This document shows, piece after piece, positions 22,181 to 32,227 of a stretch of 64,000 bases of DNA. The translations under genes and the position numbers were made by a program. This stretch comes from Alphaproteobacteria bacterium (GTDB taxonomy: Bacteria > Pseudomonadota > Alphaproteobacteria > Bin95): NCBI GenBank assembly GCA_964291285.2, contig OZ219788.1:64001-128000 (forward strand), written 5' to 3'. Every line of letters begins with the position of its first letter. Within the stretch, counting starts at the first letter, position 1. The notes under the pieces are model-generated. The model ran no database searches. It saw only the letters and a list, made by a program, of their open reading frames with translations, and was not told the DNA's origin.

Positions 22181-22620
22181 TACCAGGAGCCGGTGTTCTC
22201 CATCGACGCCCAGGGCTCGGCCGGATCGCGCGGGCCGCCCGCCTGCAGCAGCTCGATGGAAATGCCGTCCGGGGAGCGGATGAATGCCATGTAGCCGTCT
22301 CGCGGCGGGCGGTTAACGGTCACCCCGGCATCGGAGAGGGACTGGCAGAGGCCGTAAATGTCATCGACCTCGAAGGCGAGATGGCCGAAATTCCGCCCGC
22401 CCTTATAGTCTTCGGGGTCCCAGTTGTAGGTGAGTTCCAGCACCGGCGCCTTCGCGTCCCGGGCCACCGCCTCGTCCGCCGACGCGGCAAGGAAGATATT
22501 GGTGTAGCGGCCCTTCTCGCTCTCGGTGCGCCGGGTTTCGACCATACCCAGCAGGCCGCAATAGAAGGCGAGCGACTTGTCGAGGTCCGAAACGCGGACC
22601 ATGGTGTGCAGGTAGCGCAT
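22180..22620 (-). CDS. gloA: Lactoylglutathione lyase (glyoxalase I)
   Basis: YLHTMVRV, LELTYNWD, FGHLAF and SPDGISIELLQ. Confidence 0.9.
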   Translation of the reverse strand: MRYLHTMVRVSDLDKSLAFYCGLLGMVETRRTESEKGRYTNIFLAASADEAVARDAKAPVLELTYNWDPEDYKGGRNFGHLAFEVDDIYGLCQSLSDAGVTVNRPPRDGYMAFIRSPDGISIELLQAGGPRDPAEPWASMENTGSW

Positions 22621-22670
22621 GGCTGGAATTCTCCTGGATTGGATCGGGCCGGCGGCAGAATAGGCGCGGC

Positions 22671-23447
22671 CTAGCGCCCTTGGAAGACCGGCGCCCGCTT
22701 CTCCATGAAGGCCGTGCGGCCCTCGCGGTAGTCCTCGCTCTCCGACGCCTGCATCTGGAGGTCGCGGTAGCTGTCTTCGGTCTCGGCCATGCGGCCGGCC
22801 GCGACAGCGTTGAGCCCGATCTTGTGGCCCATGATGGAGAGCGGCGCGTTGCCTGCCATGGATTCCGCGAACTCGATCGCGGCCTCGACCGGGTCGCCGT
22901 CCACCAGCATGTCCACGAGGCCCATACGCTCCGCTTCCTCGGCGGTGAAGCGCTTTGCGGTGTACATGATCTTCTTGGCGTTGGTGACGCCGACGATATT
23001 GGCGAGCTTCTGCAGCCCGTCCATGCCATAGACGATCGAGAGGCGCGCCGCCGGGACGCCGAAACGCCCGCTGCGGTCCGAAACGCGGAAGTCAGCGCAG
23101 ACGATCAACCCGCAGCCGCCGCCAACCGCATAGCCGCGGACCGCGGCGATGACGGGCTTGGATATTTCTGCGATGCCGTGCTCCGCCGCGAGCACGGCGC
23201 GGGCATAGTCCGCCGCCTGGTCGGCGTCGCCCCGCACCTCGGCGAATTCCGAGATATCGGCCCCGGTGCAGAAGTTCTCCCCCGCGCCCGTGAGCACGAT
23301 GGCCCGCACGTCGCTGTCCTTGTCCAGCTCGCCGAACAACCGGCCGAGTTCGAACCACATCGCCTTGGTGCAGCAGTTCTTCTTCTCCGGCCGGTTGATA
23401 GTGACGACCGCAACCTGCCCTTGCCGGCGAAGCCTGATCTCGTCCAT
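22671..23447 (-). CDS. Enoyl-CoA hydratase/isomerase family protein
   Basis: FCTGADISEF, KPVIAAVRGYAVGGG and EKRAPVFQG. Confidence 0.9.
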   Translation of the reverse strand: MDEIRLRRQGQVAVVTINRPEKKNCCTKAMWFELGRLFGELDKDSDVRAIVLTGAGENFCTGADISEFAEVRGDADQAADYARAVLAAEHGIAEISKPVIAAVRGYAVGGGCGLIVCADFRVSDRSGRFGVPAARLSIVYGMDGLQKLANIVGVTNAKKIMYTAKRFTAEEAERMGLVDMLVDGDPVEAAIEFAESMAGNAPLSIMGHKIGLNAVAAGRMAETEDSYRDLQMQASESEDYREGRTAFMEKRAPVFQGR

Positions 23448-23561
23448 GGAACCTGTTTCTCCCTGTCGGCTGCGCCCGTTATGCCGCGCCGGCGCCGCCC
23501 TTGCCAAGAGAAACCGGTTGGCGAGAATGGCCGCAGGTTTCTGATGGGAGGCAAGAGCGCC

Positions 23562-24734
23562 ATGGCCGGGGCACTGGAAGGGCTTAGAGTCATCGACTTC
23601 ACGACCAATCTTTCGGGACCCTATTGCGCGATGCTGCTGGGCGACCAGGGCGCCGACGTCATCAAGGTGGAGCGCCCCGAAGGCGAGGCGATGCGCCAGA
23701 CGCCGCCCTTCGTGGAGGGCGAGAGCGCGCCCTTCATGCTCTGGAACCGCAACAAGCGCTCCGTGACGCTCGACCTGAAGAGCGAGGACGGTTTCCAGGC
23801 CGCCTGGGACCTTTGCATTTCGGCCGATATCGTGGTCGAGAACTTCCGGCCCGGCGTCATGGCGCGGCTCGGCCTCGGCTACGAGGCGCTGTCGGCGGAG
23901 AACCCCGGCCTCGTGATGACCTCGATCTCCGGCTTCGGGCAAACCGGGCCCTACGGCACCCGCGGCGGCTTCGACCTGATTACCCAGGCCATGTCCGGCC
24001 TCGCCGCCATCAACGGCCCGGAGGACGGCCCGCCCTTCCGCCTGCCCATCGCCATCTCCGATGTCGGCGCCGGCATGTTCGGGGCCTACGCCACCATGGT
24101 CGCCATCCACGGCCGCACCGGGACCGGCAAGGGCCAGCATGTCGATGTCTCGCTTTACGAGAGCGCCATGTCCTTTTGCGTTTATGAGGCGGCGGGCTAT
24201 TTCGCGACCGGCAAGACGCCGGAGCGCATCGGCCAGCGTCATCGCGGCAGTTCGCCTTACCAGATCCTCAAGGCGAAGGACGGCTATCTCGCGGTCGGCG
24301 GCGCGCAGCAGAACCTCTGGTTCCGCATCTGCAACGTGCTCGGCCGCCCGGACCTGCCGGAGGACCCGCGCTTCAGGACGCGCGCCGACCGGGTGGCGAA
24401 CAATGACGAGCTGATCGAGATCTTCGAGGCCGTGATGCAGACCCGCACGCGGGACGAATGGCTGGCCGAGCTCGAGGAAGTTGGCGTGCCGGCGGGCCCG
24501 GTGATGGACCACGGCGAGGTGTTCACCGACCCGCACACGCTTGCCCGCGACATGGTCGTCGAGCTGGACCACCCGGCCGTCGGGAAAATGAACACCATCG
24601 GCACGCCGGTGAAGCTTGCCTCGACACCGGGCGCTATCGACCGGCCCGCGCCGTTGCTCGGCGAGCACACACAGGAGATCCTGGCCGAACTCGCCGCCCG
24701 CAAACGCGCCCCGCTCGCTGCTGCGGAGGAATAG
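23562..24734 (+). CDS. CaiB/BaiF family CoA transferase
   Basis: GADVIKVE, NRNKRS, ENFRPG and GFD motifs. Confidence 0.92.
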   Translation: MAGALEGLRVIDFTTNLSGPYCAMLLGDQGADVIKVERPEGEAMRQTPPFVEGESAPFMLWNRNKRSVTLDLKSEDGFQAAWDLCISADIVVENFRPGVMARLGLGYEALSAENPGLVMTSISGFGQTGPYGTRGGFDLITQAMSGLAAINGPEDGPPFRLPIAISDVGAGMFGAYATMVAIHGRTGTGKGQHVDVSLYESAMSFCVYEAAGYFATGKTPERIGQRHRGSSPYQILKAKDGYLAVGGAQQNLWFRICNVLGRPDLPEDPRFRTRADRVANNDELIEIFEAVMQTRTRDEWLAELEEVGVPAGPVMDHGEVFTDPHTLARDMVVELDHPAVGKMNTIGTPVKLASTPGAIDRPAPLLGEHTQEILAELAARKRAPLAAAEE

Positions 24735-24788
24735 CCGCCGCGTTCTCGACAGGCGGCGCGTAAAGGGATAAATCTCACTTCCCCGGTG

Positions 24789-24864
<76 letters not shown>

Positions 24865-24900
24865 CCCATCGAAAACGGGCCGGTTCGGCGGGAGGCAGGC

Positions 24901-26067
24901 ATGGCGCTCAAAGACAGTGCAGACGGAATCCTGGAGGCTGCGGTTTCGAGGGGCGATGTGCCCGGGGTCGTGGCGGGCGCGACCACGGCAGAGGGGACCG
25001 TCTATGAAGGCGGGTTCGGCGAACGCGCGGCCGGCAGCGGCACCGCCATGACGCCCGACACGGTCGGCTGGATCGCCTCCATGACCAAGGCCGTCACCGG
25101 CGCGGCGGCCATGCAGATGGTCGAGCAAGGCAAGCTGGAACTCGACGGACCGGCAAGCGCGGTCATCCCCTATCTCGGCGAAGTCGGGGTACTGGAGGGC
25201 TTCGACGGTGACGGTCAGCCGAAGATGCGTCCGCCAAAACGCCCGGTGACCTTGCGCCACCTGCTGACCCACACCTCGGGCTATGTGTACGAGATCTGGA
25301 ACACGGACATCCTTGCCTTCCAGGAGGCAAAGGGCGCGCCCCAGATCACCAGCTGCGAGAACGCCGCACTGACGACACCGCTGCTGTTCGATCCGGGCGA
25401 GCGCTGGGACTACGGCATCGGCATCGACTGGGCCGGCAAGATGGTCGAGGCGGTGATCGGACAGCGGCTCGGGCAATACATGAAGGAGAACATCTTCGAC
25501 CCGCTCGGCATGGGCGACACCGCCTTCAAGGTCTCGCCTGCGATGCAGGAGCGGCTGGCGACAGTCCATGTGCGCGGCGAGGGCGGCGCCTGGGCGCCGA
25601 TGGAGTTCATGGTCGAGCAGGACCCCGAGTTCGAGATGGGCGGCGGCGGCCTCTATTCCACCGTCGGCGACTATCTCAAGTTCATCCGCATGATCCTGAA
25701 CAAGGGCGCGGCGAACGGCCACCGGGTGCTCAGGCCCGAGACTGTGGAGGCCATGTCGGTCAACAGCATCGGCGACAACCGGGTCGTCAACCTCGCGACG
25801 GCGATGCCGCCCTACTCCAACGATGCGGAGTTCTTCCCCGGCATGGAGAAGACCTGGGGGCTGACCTTCATGATCAACAATGACGAAGCGCCCACCGGCC
25901 GGACGGCCGGCAGCCTCGCCTGGGCCGGCCTCGCCAATTCCTATTTCTGGATCGATCCGGCAAAGGGCATCGGCGGCGTCTACCTCACCCAGGTCCTGCC
26001 CTTCGCCGACGAGAAGTCCCTGCCGCTCTACCTGGACTTCGAAACGGCGGTTTACCGGAACCGGTAG
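24901..26067 (+). CDS. Serine hydrolase, beta-lactamase/esterase family
   Basis: SMTK catalytic motif, LLTHTSG and WAGLAN. Confidence 0.9.
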   Translation: MALKDSADGILEAAVSRGDVPGVVAGATTAEGTVYEGGFGERAAGSGTAMTPDTVGWIASMTKAVTGAAAMQMVEQGKLELDGPASAVIPYLGEVGVLEGFDGDGQPKMRPPKRPVTLRHLLTHTSGYVYEIWNTDILAFQEAKGAPQITSCENAALTTPLLFDPGERWDYGIGIDWAGKMVEAVIGQRLGQYMKENIFDPLGMGDTAFKVSPAMQERLATVHVRGEGGAWAPMEFMVEQDPEFEMGGGGLYSTVGDYLKFIRMILNKGAANGHRVLRPETVEAMSVNSIGDNRVVNLATAMPPYSNDAEFFPGMEKTWGLTFMINNDEAPTGRTAGSLAWAGLANSYFWIDPAKGIGGVYLTQVLPFADEKSLPLYLDFETAVYRNR

Positions 26068-26075
26068 CCGCGCCG

Positions 26076-27683
26076 CTACGCGGTCTCCGCCGCATAGTCC
26101 TCCACCAGCTGGAATTTCCGGATCTTGCCGGAGCCGGTCAGCGGGAAGGCGGGGACCTCGCGCCAGACGACGGGAGTCTTCTGCGGCGAGAGCCGGGCGC
26201 GGCAGTGGCGGCGGAGTTCCTGCGGGTCCATCGCCCGGCCGGGCTCCATGCGCACGAAGCAGGCGACGATCTCGCCCCACCTGTCGTCCGGCAGCCCGAC
26301 CACGGCGACCTCCGCCACATCGGGGTGCTCCAGCAGCGTGTTCTCGATCTCGGCCGGGAACAGGTTTTCGCCGCCCCGGATGATCATCTCCTTCACCCGC
26401 CCGGTAATGCGCAGATAGCCCTGCTGGTCGAGCGTGCCGAGATCGCCGGTGTGCAGCCAGCCGTCCGCATCGATGGCGTCCGCAGTCGCCGAGGGGTTGT
26501 CGTGGTAGCCGATCATCACGCAGTAGCCGCGCGTGCAGATCTCGCCGACCTCGCCGACGGGCAGGACCCGGTTCCCGCCGTCCACGCTGCGGATTGAGAC
26601 CTCCGTCTGCGGCATCGGCAGGCCCGCCGTGTTGCAGACGATGTCGAGGCTTTCGCCCAGATGGTGCATGGTGACGAGGGGCGAAGCCTCGGTCTGACCG
26701 TAAACGGTCTCGAATTCGCAGCCGAAGCGTTCCCTGGCGTTGCGCACCAGTTCGGGCGCAACCATGGAACCGCCGGAAACCGCGATCTCCACCGAGGAGA
26801 GGTCGAACGGCTCCTGGTCGAGGCATTCCATCATCGCGACAAGCATTGTCGGCACGCCAAGAAGCGCGGTCACCTTCTCGCGCTCGATCAACCGCAGGAT
26901 CGCCGCCGGGTCGAACAACTTGACGAGATACATCGCGCAGCCCGCCTGCAGCGCGCCCAGGGTAATCAGCCCGCAGCCGCTGGTGTGGAACATCGGCATG
27001 AAATTCGCCCAGACCGAGTCCGGCCGCGTGCCCGCACGCACGGCGCAGTAGCGCGCATTGTTGGTGAGCGAGCGATGCGACAGCACGGCCCCCTTGGGAA
27101 AACCCGTGGTGCCGGAGGTGTACTGGATCTGCGCCGCATCGTCCGGCGTCACCTCGGGCAGTTCCGCCGGGCGGTCTCCGATCCTGTAAAGCGCCCCGTG
27201 ATCGTCCAGATCGACGATTTCGCGCACCGCCGCCAGGCCGTCGCAGGCGGCGACAGCGATCTCGGCCATCGGATTGCCCCGGTAGCTTTCCACCGAAAAC
27301 AGCGCGGATGCGCCCGACTGCTCCAGCACGTAGCGCAGTTCGGCCGTCTGGTAGGAGGGGTTGGCCGTCACCAGGATGAGGCCCGCAAGCCCGCAGGCAT
27401 ATTCCATCAGCACCCATTCCGGCACGTTGGGCGCCCACACCACCAGCCGCTCGCCGGGTGCGAAGCGCGACGCCAGCGCCTTGGCCAGACGTTCGCTGTC
27501 AGCCAGCAGCTCCGCATAGGTCCAGCGCCGTCCGTTTTCGCCGTCGAGCTCCACCTCGACCAGCGCCGTGCAACCGCCGCGCCGCGCCGCCATGTCCCTC
27601 AGCTGGCCGCCGACCGTCGTCTCCAGCACGACATCGTCGGTCTGGGCGGGAATGTATGATTCGGTGAGATCGAAACGGTACAT
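26076..27683 (-). CDS. AMP-binding acyl-CoA synthetase
   Basis: YTSGTTGFPKG, YGQTE, WLHTGD and SGKIRK. Confidence 0.92.
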   Translation of the reverse strand: MYRFDLTESYIPAQTDDVVLETTVGGQLRDMAARRGGCTALVEVELDGENGRRWTYAELLADSERLAKALASRFAPGERLVVWAPNVPEWVLMEYACGLAGLILVTANPSYQTAELRYVLEQSGASALFSVESYRGNPMAEIAVAACDGLAAVREIVDLDDHGALYRIGDRPAELPEVTPDDAAQIQYTSGTTGFPKGAVLSHRSLTNNARYCAVRAGTRPDSVWANFMPMFHTSGCGLITLGALQAGCAMYLVKLFDPAAILRLIEREKVTALLGVPTMLVAMMECLDQEPFDLSSVEIAVSGGSMVAPELVRNARERFGCEFETVYGQTEASPLVTMHHLGESLDIVCNTAGLPMPQTEVSIRSVDGGNRVLPVGEVGEICTRGYCVMIGYHDNPSATADAIDADGWLHTGDLGTLDQQGYLRITGRVKEMIIRGGENLFPAEIENTLLEHPDVAEVAVVGLPDDRWGEIVACFVRMEPGRAMDPQELRRHCRARLSPQKTPVVWREVPAFPLTGSGKIRKFQLVEDYAAETA

Positions 27684-27734
27684 GGCAGCCTCCCCCGGCC
27701 GGGTGCGAAAGCCTTGTTTGCGATGCCGGCCCCG

Positions 27735-28166
27735 TCAAGCAGTGAAGTTGGCGGCTTTGCCCAGCACAGTCACCAGGCCCGCCGGGGGATCGACGATCAC
27801 ATGGTCGCCGGTGGCGATCAGGCGGGTGATGTCGCCGTCCTCGAAGCGGTCGCAGAGCGCCATGCCGGCGAAGGCGGCGCCCTGCGCCAGGATGGTGTTG
27901 GCGGCGTTGAACAGGATCGCCTTCGGCGCGAGGCCGCGTTCCGCCATCTCGCGCAGCATCCAGGCCGATGCGACGCCGCCCTTGGCGGTGTTCAGCACCA
28001 GCACCCTGTCCACGTAGGAGAGCCCGGCGAGCTTGTGGCCCGGGCGCGAGAAGGTGCCGGCGAGCCGGTCGAGGTCGTAGCGCGCGGAGAAGTCGTCGGC
28101 TGCGACCAGCGCCTCGCCCTCGACCCTCGGCCCGATGCCGTGATGGCAGCGCAGGCGGCGGGTCAC
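27735..28166 (-). CDS. Aconitase X swivel (DUF126) subunit
   Basis: VEGEALV..FS, overall size, and GTGA coupling to the AcnX large subunit. Confidence 0.8.
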   Translation of the reverse strand: MTRRLRCHHGIGPRVEGEALVAADDFSARYDLDRLAGTFSRPGHKLAGLSYVDRVLVLNTAKGGVASAWMLREMAERGLAPKAILFNAANTILAQGAAFAGMALCDRFEDGDITRLIATGDHVIVDPPAGLVTVLGKAANFTA

Positions 28167-29407
28167 GGGATACGTCCCGTAACAGCGGCCGTCACGCAGT
28201 CTTCCATGCTGGCGAGCGCCGGCCGGTAGCCGTAACCGCCCAGTATGTTGACGATCTTGACCGAGTTGCTGAGCAGGCGTGTCCAGCCGTTCGCCTCGCC
28301 GATCTCGCGCGCATACTGGTTGTAGAAGCAGGTGCCGCGCAGCACCACAGCGTCTGCTGCCTCGATCCGCCCGACGATGCCGAGCCGCTCGCAGTCCGCC
28401 GCCACGGTGGGCGAGGTGCAGACAACAAGCGCCGTCCGTTCGTGCACCCGGCGGCCTTCCAGAAGCTCCGCGACGCGCGCCATCTCCACATGGCTCAATT
28501 GCGGCGCGGCGAACACGACGACATCCACCTCGTCGCCGCTTGCCCCGAAATTGCCGCTGAGCCCGTCAAGGTCCTTGCGGCCGATCTCGACCGGCTCCGG
28601 CGGCGGGCCGTCGCAGACCGTTTCCAAATCCGGCGCCTCCGGCGTCACGCCGGCGATATGGAAGAGCGGCGTCGAGCCGAAGCTCGCCATGGCGGCGCCG
28701 AAATGCTTCATCTCGTCCGAGGTCGGCGCGCCCTCGATGCCCTCCAGCACCGGCACCTCCCAGTAGGAGCCGCAGAGCCGCCCGATCAGACCGCCGAGCA
28801 CGCCCCAATCCGTCAACCCTTCCGGGCGCTCGCTGACGATGAAGCGCCTGGTCGCGCGCCGGTTGCGATCCAGATGCAAGCCGTAGCGCGGCGTCCGCCC
28901 GGTGAGGCCCGCCGCCAGCGCTGAGGGGCCGCCCTCGAAGTTCGAACGCGCGCCCAGCACACTGTTGCAATAGATCACCACGCCCGTGTCGCCATAGGCG
29001 ACATGCTCGCCCCGCACCGGCGGCATGATCGTCTGGTAGGTGACGCAGCTGTCGGTCATCAGGATGCCGAGGTCCGTGCAGGCGGCGATGGTGCGCCGTT
29101 CGAGGTTCGCCATTTCCTCGGTCTGGCCGAGCGGGTGGTAATGCGAGAGATCGACGCCGCGCGGGTCGGTCAGCATCGGCACGCGCACCCGCCGCTCCGC
29201 CGGCGGATGGGCGGCCAGCCCCTCCAGGAACGCCACGCCCGCCTCGCCGAGCGACTCCGTGTCGGCCATCATGTGCGCCTGGGCCACGGGCACGAAGTCC
29301 GCCGCATCGAACATGCGGCCGACCTCGACCATGTGCTCGACGGCCCAGCGCCGGGGCTCGCCCATCTCCCCGGCCAGCATGGCCTTCTCTTCGTCGTTCA
29401 GCTTCAC
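28163..29407 (-). CDS. Aconitase X catalytic (DUF521) subunit
   Basis: NSVLGARSN, AGLTGRTPRYGLH and FHIAGVTPEA; GTG start. Confidence 0.88.
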   Translation of the reverse strand: MKLNDEEKAMLAGEMGEPRRWAVEHMVEVGRMFDAADFVPVAQAHMMADTESLGEAGVAFLEGLAAHPPAERRVRVPMLTDPRGVDLSHYHPLGQTEEMANLERRTIAACTDLGILMTDSCVTYQTIMPPVRGEHVAYGDTGVVIYCNSVLGARSNFEGGPSALAAGLTGRTPRYGLHLDRNRRATRRFIVSERPEGLTDWGVLGGLIGRLCGSYWEVPVLEGIEGAPTSDEMKHFGAAMASFGSTPLFHIAGVTPEAPDLETVCDGPPPEPVEIGRKDLDGLSGNFGASGDEVDVVVFAAPQLSHVEMARVAELLEGRRVHERTALVVCTSPTVAADCERLGIVGRIEAADAVVLRGTCFYNQYAREIGEANGWTRLLSNSVKIVNILGGYGYRPALASMEDCVTAAVTGRIP

Positions 29408-29467
29408 CGGCCGGAAACCCTCCCCTCGACAGGGAGCGACCTTAGCTCGACTTTGTACAAAATTACC

Positions 29468-29755
29468 TCACGTCCATGTCCAGAAGATCTCGTTTTTGGC
29501 GATTTCGTCGAGGGCCTGTTCGAGCGGGAGCACGATGCCCCCCATGTCTCCGACGTCCTGCCAGGACTGGCGCCAGGACCAGTAGCGCACCCTCATCTTG
29601 TCACCTGAGCCTTTCGGCTGGAGCCTTGCGATCGGTGCCTGCGTGGCCGTGAGATACAGATTGTAGCCGCCGCGCACCCTGGTGACCGTCACGCCCCCGC
29701 CCCTGGATTTGTTGAACGCTTCGATGCGCGCCAGACAGGGGTCGGATGCGGCCAT
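29468..29755 (-). CDS. IS passenger protein, DUF3024-like (copy 2)
   Basis: Translation identical to 11274-11561. Confidence 0.65.
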   Translation of the reverse strand: MAASDPCLARIEAFNKSRGGGVTVTRVRGGYNLYLTATQAPIARLQPKGSGDKMRVRYWSWRQSWQDVGDMGGIVLPLEQALDEIAKNEIFWTWT

Positions 29756-29840
29756 GAAGCAGTGATATCGGATTGGATGGCTTCTGTCGCTGCAGCGATG
29801 CTGATTCACCCGGTCGCATGCGGGCGCCCTTGCATGCCGG

Positions 29841-31247
29841 ATGCTTCTGGATTCGAAGGTCGTCATGACACATTTCGACGACCCTTCGAGCGCCATCGGC
29901 GATCCGGTTCCGCCGTTCCTGATCGACTGGCTGGAGCCCTTTCGAGGCGCCTTCTCATCCCCGACCTGGCGGCTGGTGGCGGTTCTGGTCATGGGAGCGT
30001 TGCTGGCGCCGGGCAAGAGAACCGTGTCGGCCTGCCTGCGGGTGACCGGGCGGGCGATGTGCGAGACATTCTCGTCCTACCATCAGGTTCTCAATCGCGC
30101 CCGCTGGGACCCGCGTGACCTTTCACGCCGGCTCGTGCTCGTGCTGGTGGCGCGGCTTGCCGGGCAGGGACCGATCATCATCGGGCTCGATGACACCATC
30201 GAGCGCCGCTGGGGCGCGCGTATCAAGGCGCGCGGCATCTATCGCGACCCGGTGCGTTCCAGCCATGGCCATTTCGTCAAGACCAGCGGGCTGCGCTGGC
30301 TCAGCTTCATGCTGCTTGTCCCGCTGCCCTGGTCGCCGGGCATCAGGGCCCTGCCCTTCCTGACCATCCTGGCCCCGTCCGAACGCTTCGCCGCCAGGCA
30401 AGGCCGGCGTCACAAGCAACTCACCGACTGGGCGCGACAGGGCATGCTTCAAATCCTTCGCTGGGTCCCGCAACGCGCGATCGTCTTCGTCGCCGACAGC
30501 AGTTTCGGAACCCACGAACTCGCCTGGCGCATCGGACAGCGCGCAACCCTCATCAGCAGGCTGAGGCTCGATGCCAACCTCTTCGCGCCCCCGCCGCCGC
30601 GCGACCCGAACAAACGCGGTCGACCCCGGCAAAAGGGGCCGCCCCTGCCCAAGCTCCAGACCCGCCTTGACGACCCCGATGCCCGCTGGACAAGCATCAC
30701 GCTTCCGCGCTGGTACGGAAGTTCGAAGGAAAAGACACTCCAGATCATCTCCGATACCGCGCTCTGGTATCGTCCCGGCACACCTCCCAAGGCCATCCGA
30801 TGGGTGCTGGTGCGAGACCCGGAAGGCGAGCGGGACCCGCAGGCGTTCTTCTGCACCGACACCAACATGGAGCCGGCCAAGATCATCGCCACCTTCGTGC
30901 GGCGCTGGCAGGTCGAGGTCACCTTCCAGGAACTGCGCGCCCATCTCGGGCTCGAAACACAACGCCAGTGGTCACACGCGGCGATCGCACGAACCACCCC
31001 CGTCCTCTGCGGGCTCTACAGCCTCGTCTGCCTCTGGGCCACAGACGTGCTCTCGACAAACCACCTGTCCTACGCCGCCGCCTGGTACCAGAAAACCAGC
31101 GTCACATTCTCCGATGCAATCGCGGCCATACGATGCCAACTCTGGCTTGGAAACAATTTATCGCGCTCCCCGCCACACCGGGAACCAAACATAATTCCGC
31201 CCGACAAGATAAGGCGGATGCAGTACGCCCTCTGCTTCGCAGCATAA
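29841..31247 (+). CDS. IS701-like transposase (copy 2)
   Basis: Translation identical to 9782-11188. Confidence 0.88.
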   Translation: MLLDSKVVMTHFDDPSSAIGDPVPPFLIDWLEPFRGAFSSPTWRLVAVLVMGALLAPGKRTVSACLRVTGRAMCETFSSYHQVLNRARWDPRDLSRRLVLVLVARLAGQGPIIIGLDDTIERRWGARIKARGIYRDPVRSSHGHFVKTSGLRWLSFMLLVPLPWSPGIRALPFLTILAPSERFAARQGRRHKQLTDWARQGMLQILRWVPQRAIVFVADSSFGTHELAWRIGQRATLISRLRLDANLFAPPPPRDPNKRGRPRQKGPPLPKLQTRLDDPDARWTSITLPRWYGSSKEKTLQIISDTALWYRPGTPPKAIRWVLVRDPEGERDPQAFFCTDTNMEPAKIIATFVRRWQVEVTFQELRAHLGLETQRQWSHAAIARTTPVLCGLYSLVCLWATDVLSTNHLSYAAAWYQKTSVTFSDAIAAIRCQLWLGNNLSRSPPHREPNIIPPDKIRRMQYALCFAA

Positions 31248-31265
31248 TGCACAAAGTCGAGCTTA

Positions 31266-32196
31266 GAGCCTGACTCGAAACTCGCTGAAGTTTTTCAAGG
31301 CCTTGCGAGTCGGCGTGTTGTGAGCCGGATATGGGCGATGTTGATCCATGCTTCGCTTGAGGCGATGGATTTTTCCCAGTCTTTTGCCAGCCTGCGGCAG
31401 CGCCCGAGCCATGCGAAGGTGCGTTCGACGACCCATCGTCCGGGGAGGACTTCGAAGCCGTTGGCGGTGTCGGAGCGTTTGACGATTTCGAGCGTCCACT
31501 TGCCGATCCTGTCGAGGGCGCCGCGCAGTTTCGGCCCGGCATATCCGCCATCGGCGAACAGATGACGCAGCCAGGGGCAGGCGTGGCGGATGGATTTCAG
31601 CACGGCCGGGGCGCCGTCGCGGTCCTGAACGTCGGCGGCATGTACGACGAGGCCGAAGAGCATGCCGATGGTGTCGACGACAGCGTGGCGCTTGCGCCCT
31701 TTGACCTTCTTGCCGGCGTCATAGCCGCTAACCCCGCCTGCCTCCGTGGTTTTCACCGTCTGGCTGTCGATCACGCCCGCGCTCGGCTGGGCCTCGCGCC
31801 CCTCGCGTTCGCGCGCCTGCACGGCCAGGTGGAACCGGATCGTCTGCCACAGCCTGTTGTCGCGCCACTCGTAGAAATAGCGCTGCACCGTCGAGACCGG
31901 CGGAAAGTCCTTCGGCAGCTGGCGCCACTGACAACCGGTCGTGGCCATATACAGCACCGCATTTACGACCTCGCGCAGATCGGTCTGGCGCGGGCGACCG
32001 ATACGGCAGGGCAACGGCATGAAGGGCTCGATCAGAGACCACTCAGCGTCGGTCAGATCGCTTGCATATCGTGGGCAGTCCCGCCGATACTCCCGGCGAG
32101 CGGTTTCGGTCCAGGGCATTCGTGGCTCCGTTCAGATGCATAACCGAACTGAATCACAATCCCTTGAAACCGCTCAACTCTTTTTGGGTCAGGCTC
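31266..32196 (-). mobile_element. IS5 family (IS1031-type) insertion sequence, copy 2, 931 bp
   Basis: Same TIRs; TTA duplicated at 31263-31265 and 32197-32199. Confidence 0.93.
31295..32119 (-). CDS. IS5 family transposase (copy 2)
   Basis: Translation identical to 8862-9686. Confidence 0.95.
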   Translation of the reverse strand: MPWTETARREYRRDCPRYASDLTDAEWSLIEPFMPLPCRIGRPRQTDLREVVNAVLYMATTGCQWRQLPKDFPPVSTVQRYFYEWRDNRLWQTIRFHLAVQAREREGREAQPSAGVIDSQTVKTTEAGGVSGYDAGKKVKGRKRHAVVDTIGMLFGLVVHAADVQDRDGAPAVLKSIRHACPWLRHLFADGGYAGPKLRGALDRIGKWTLEIVKRSDTANGFEVLPGRWVVERTFAWLGRCRRLAKDWEKSIASSEAWINIAHIRLTTRRLARP

Positions 32197-32227
32197 TTAC
32201 ATGCCAAGCCTGCCAGGCACTACAGAC

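Larger units (their letters stand above)
29445..31262 (+). mobile_element. IS701-like insertion sequence, copy 2, 1818 bp (inverted relative to copy 1)
   Basis: Same TIRs and identical translations; flanked by TTA (29442-29444, 31263-31265). Confidence 0.9.
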
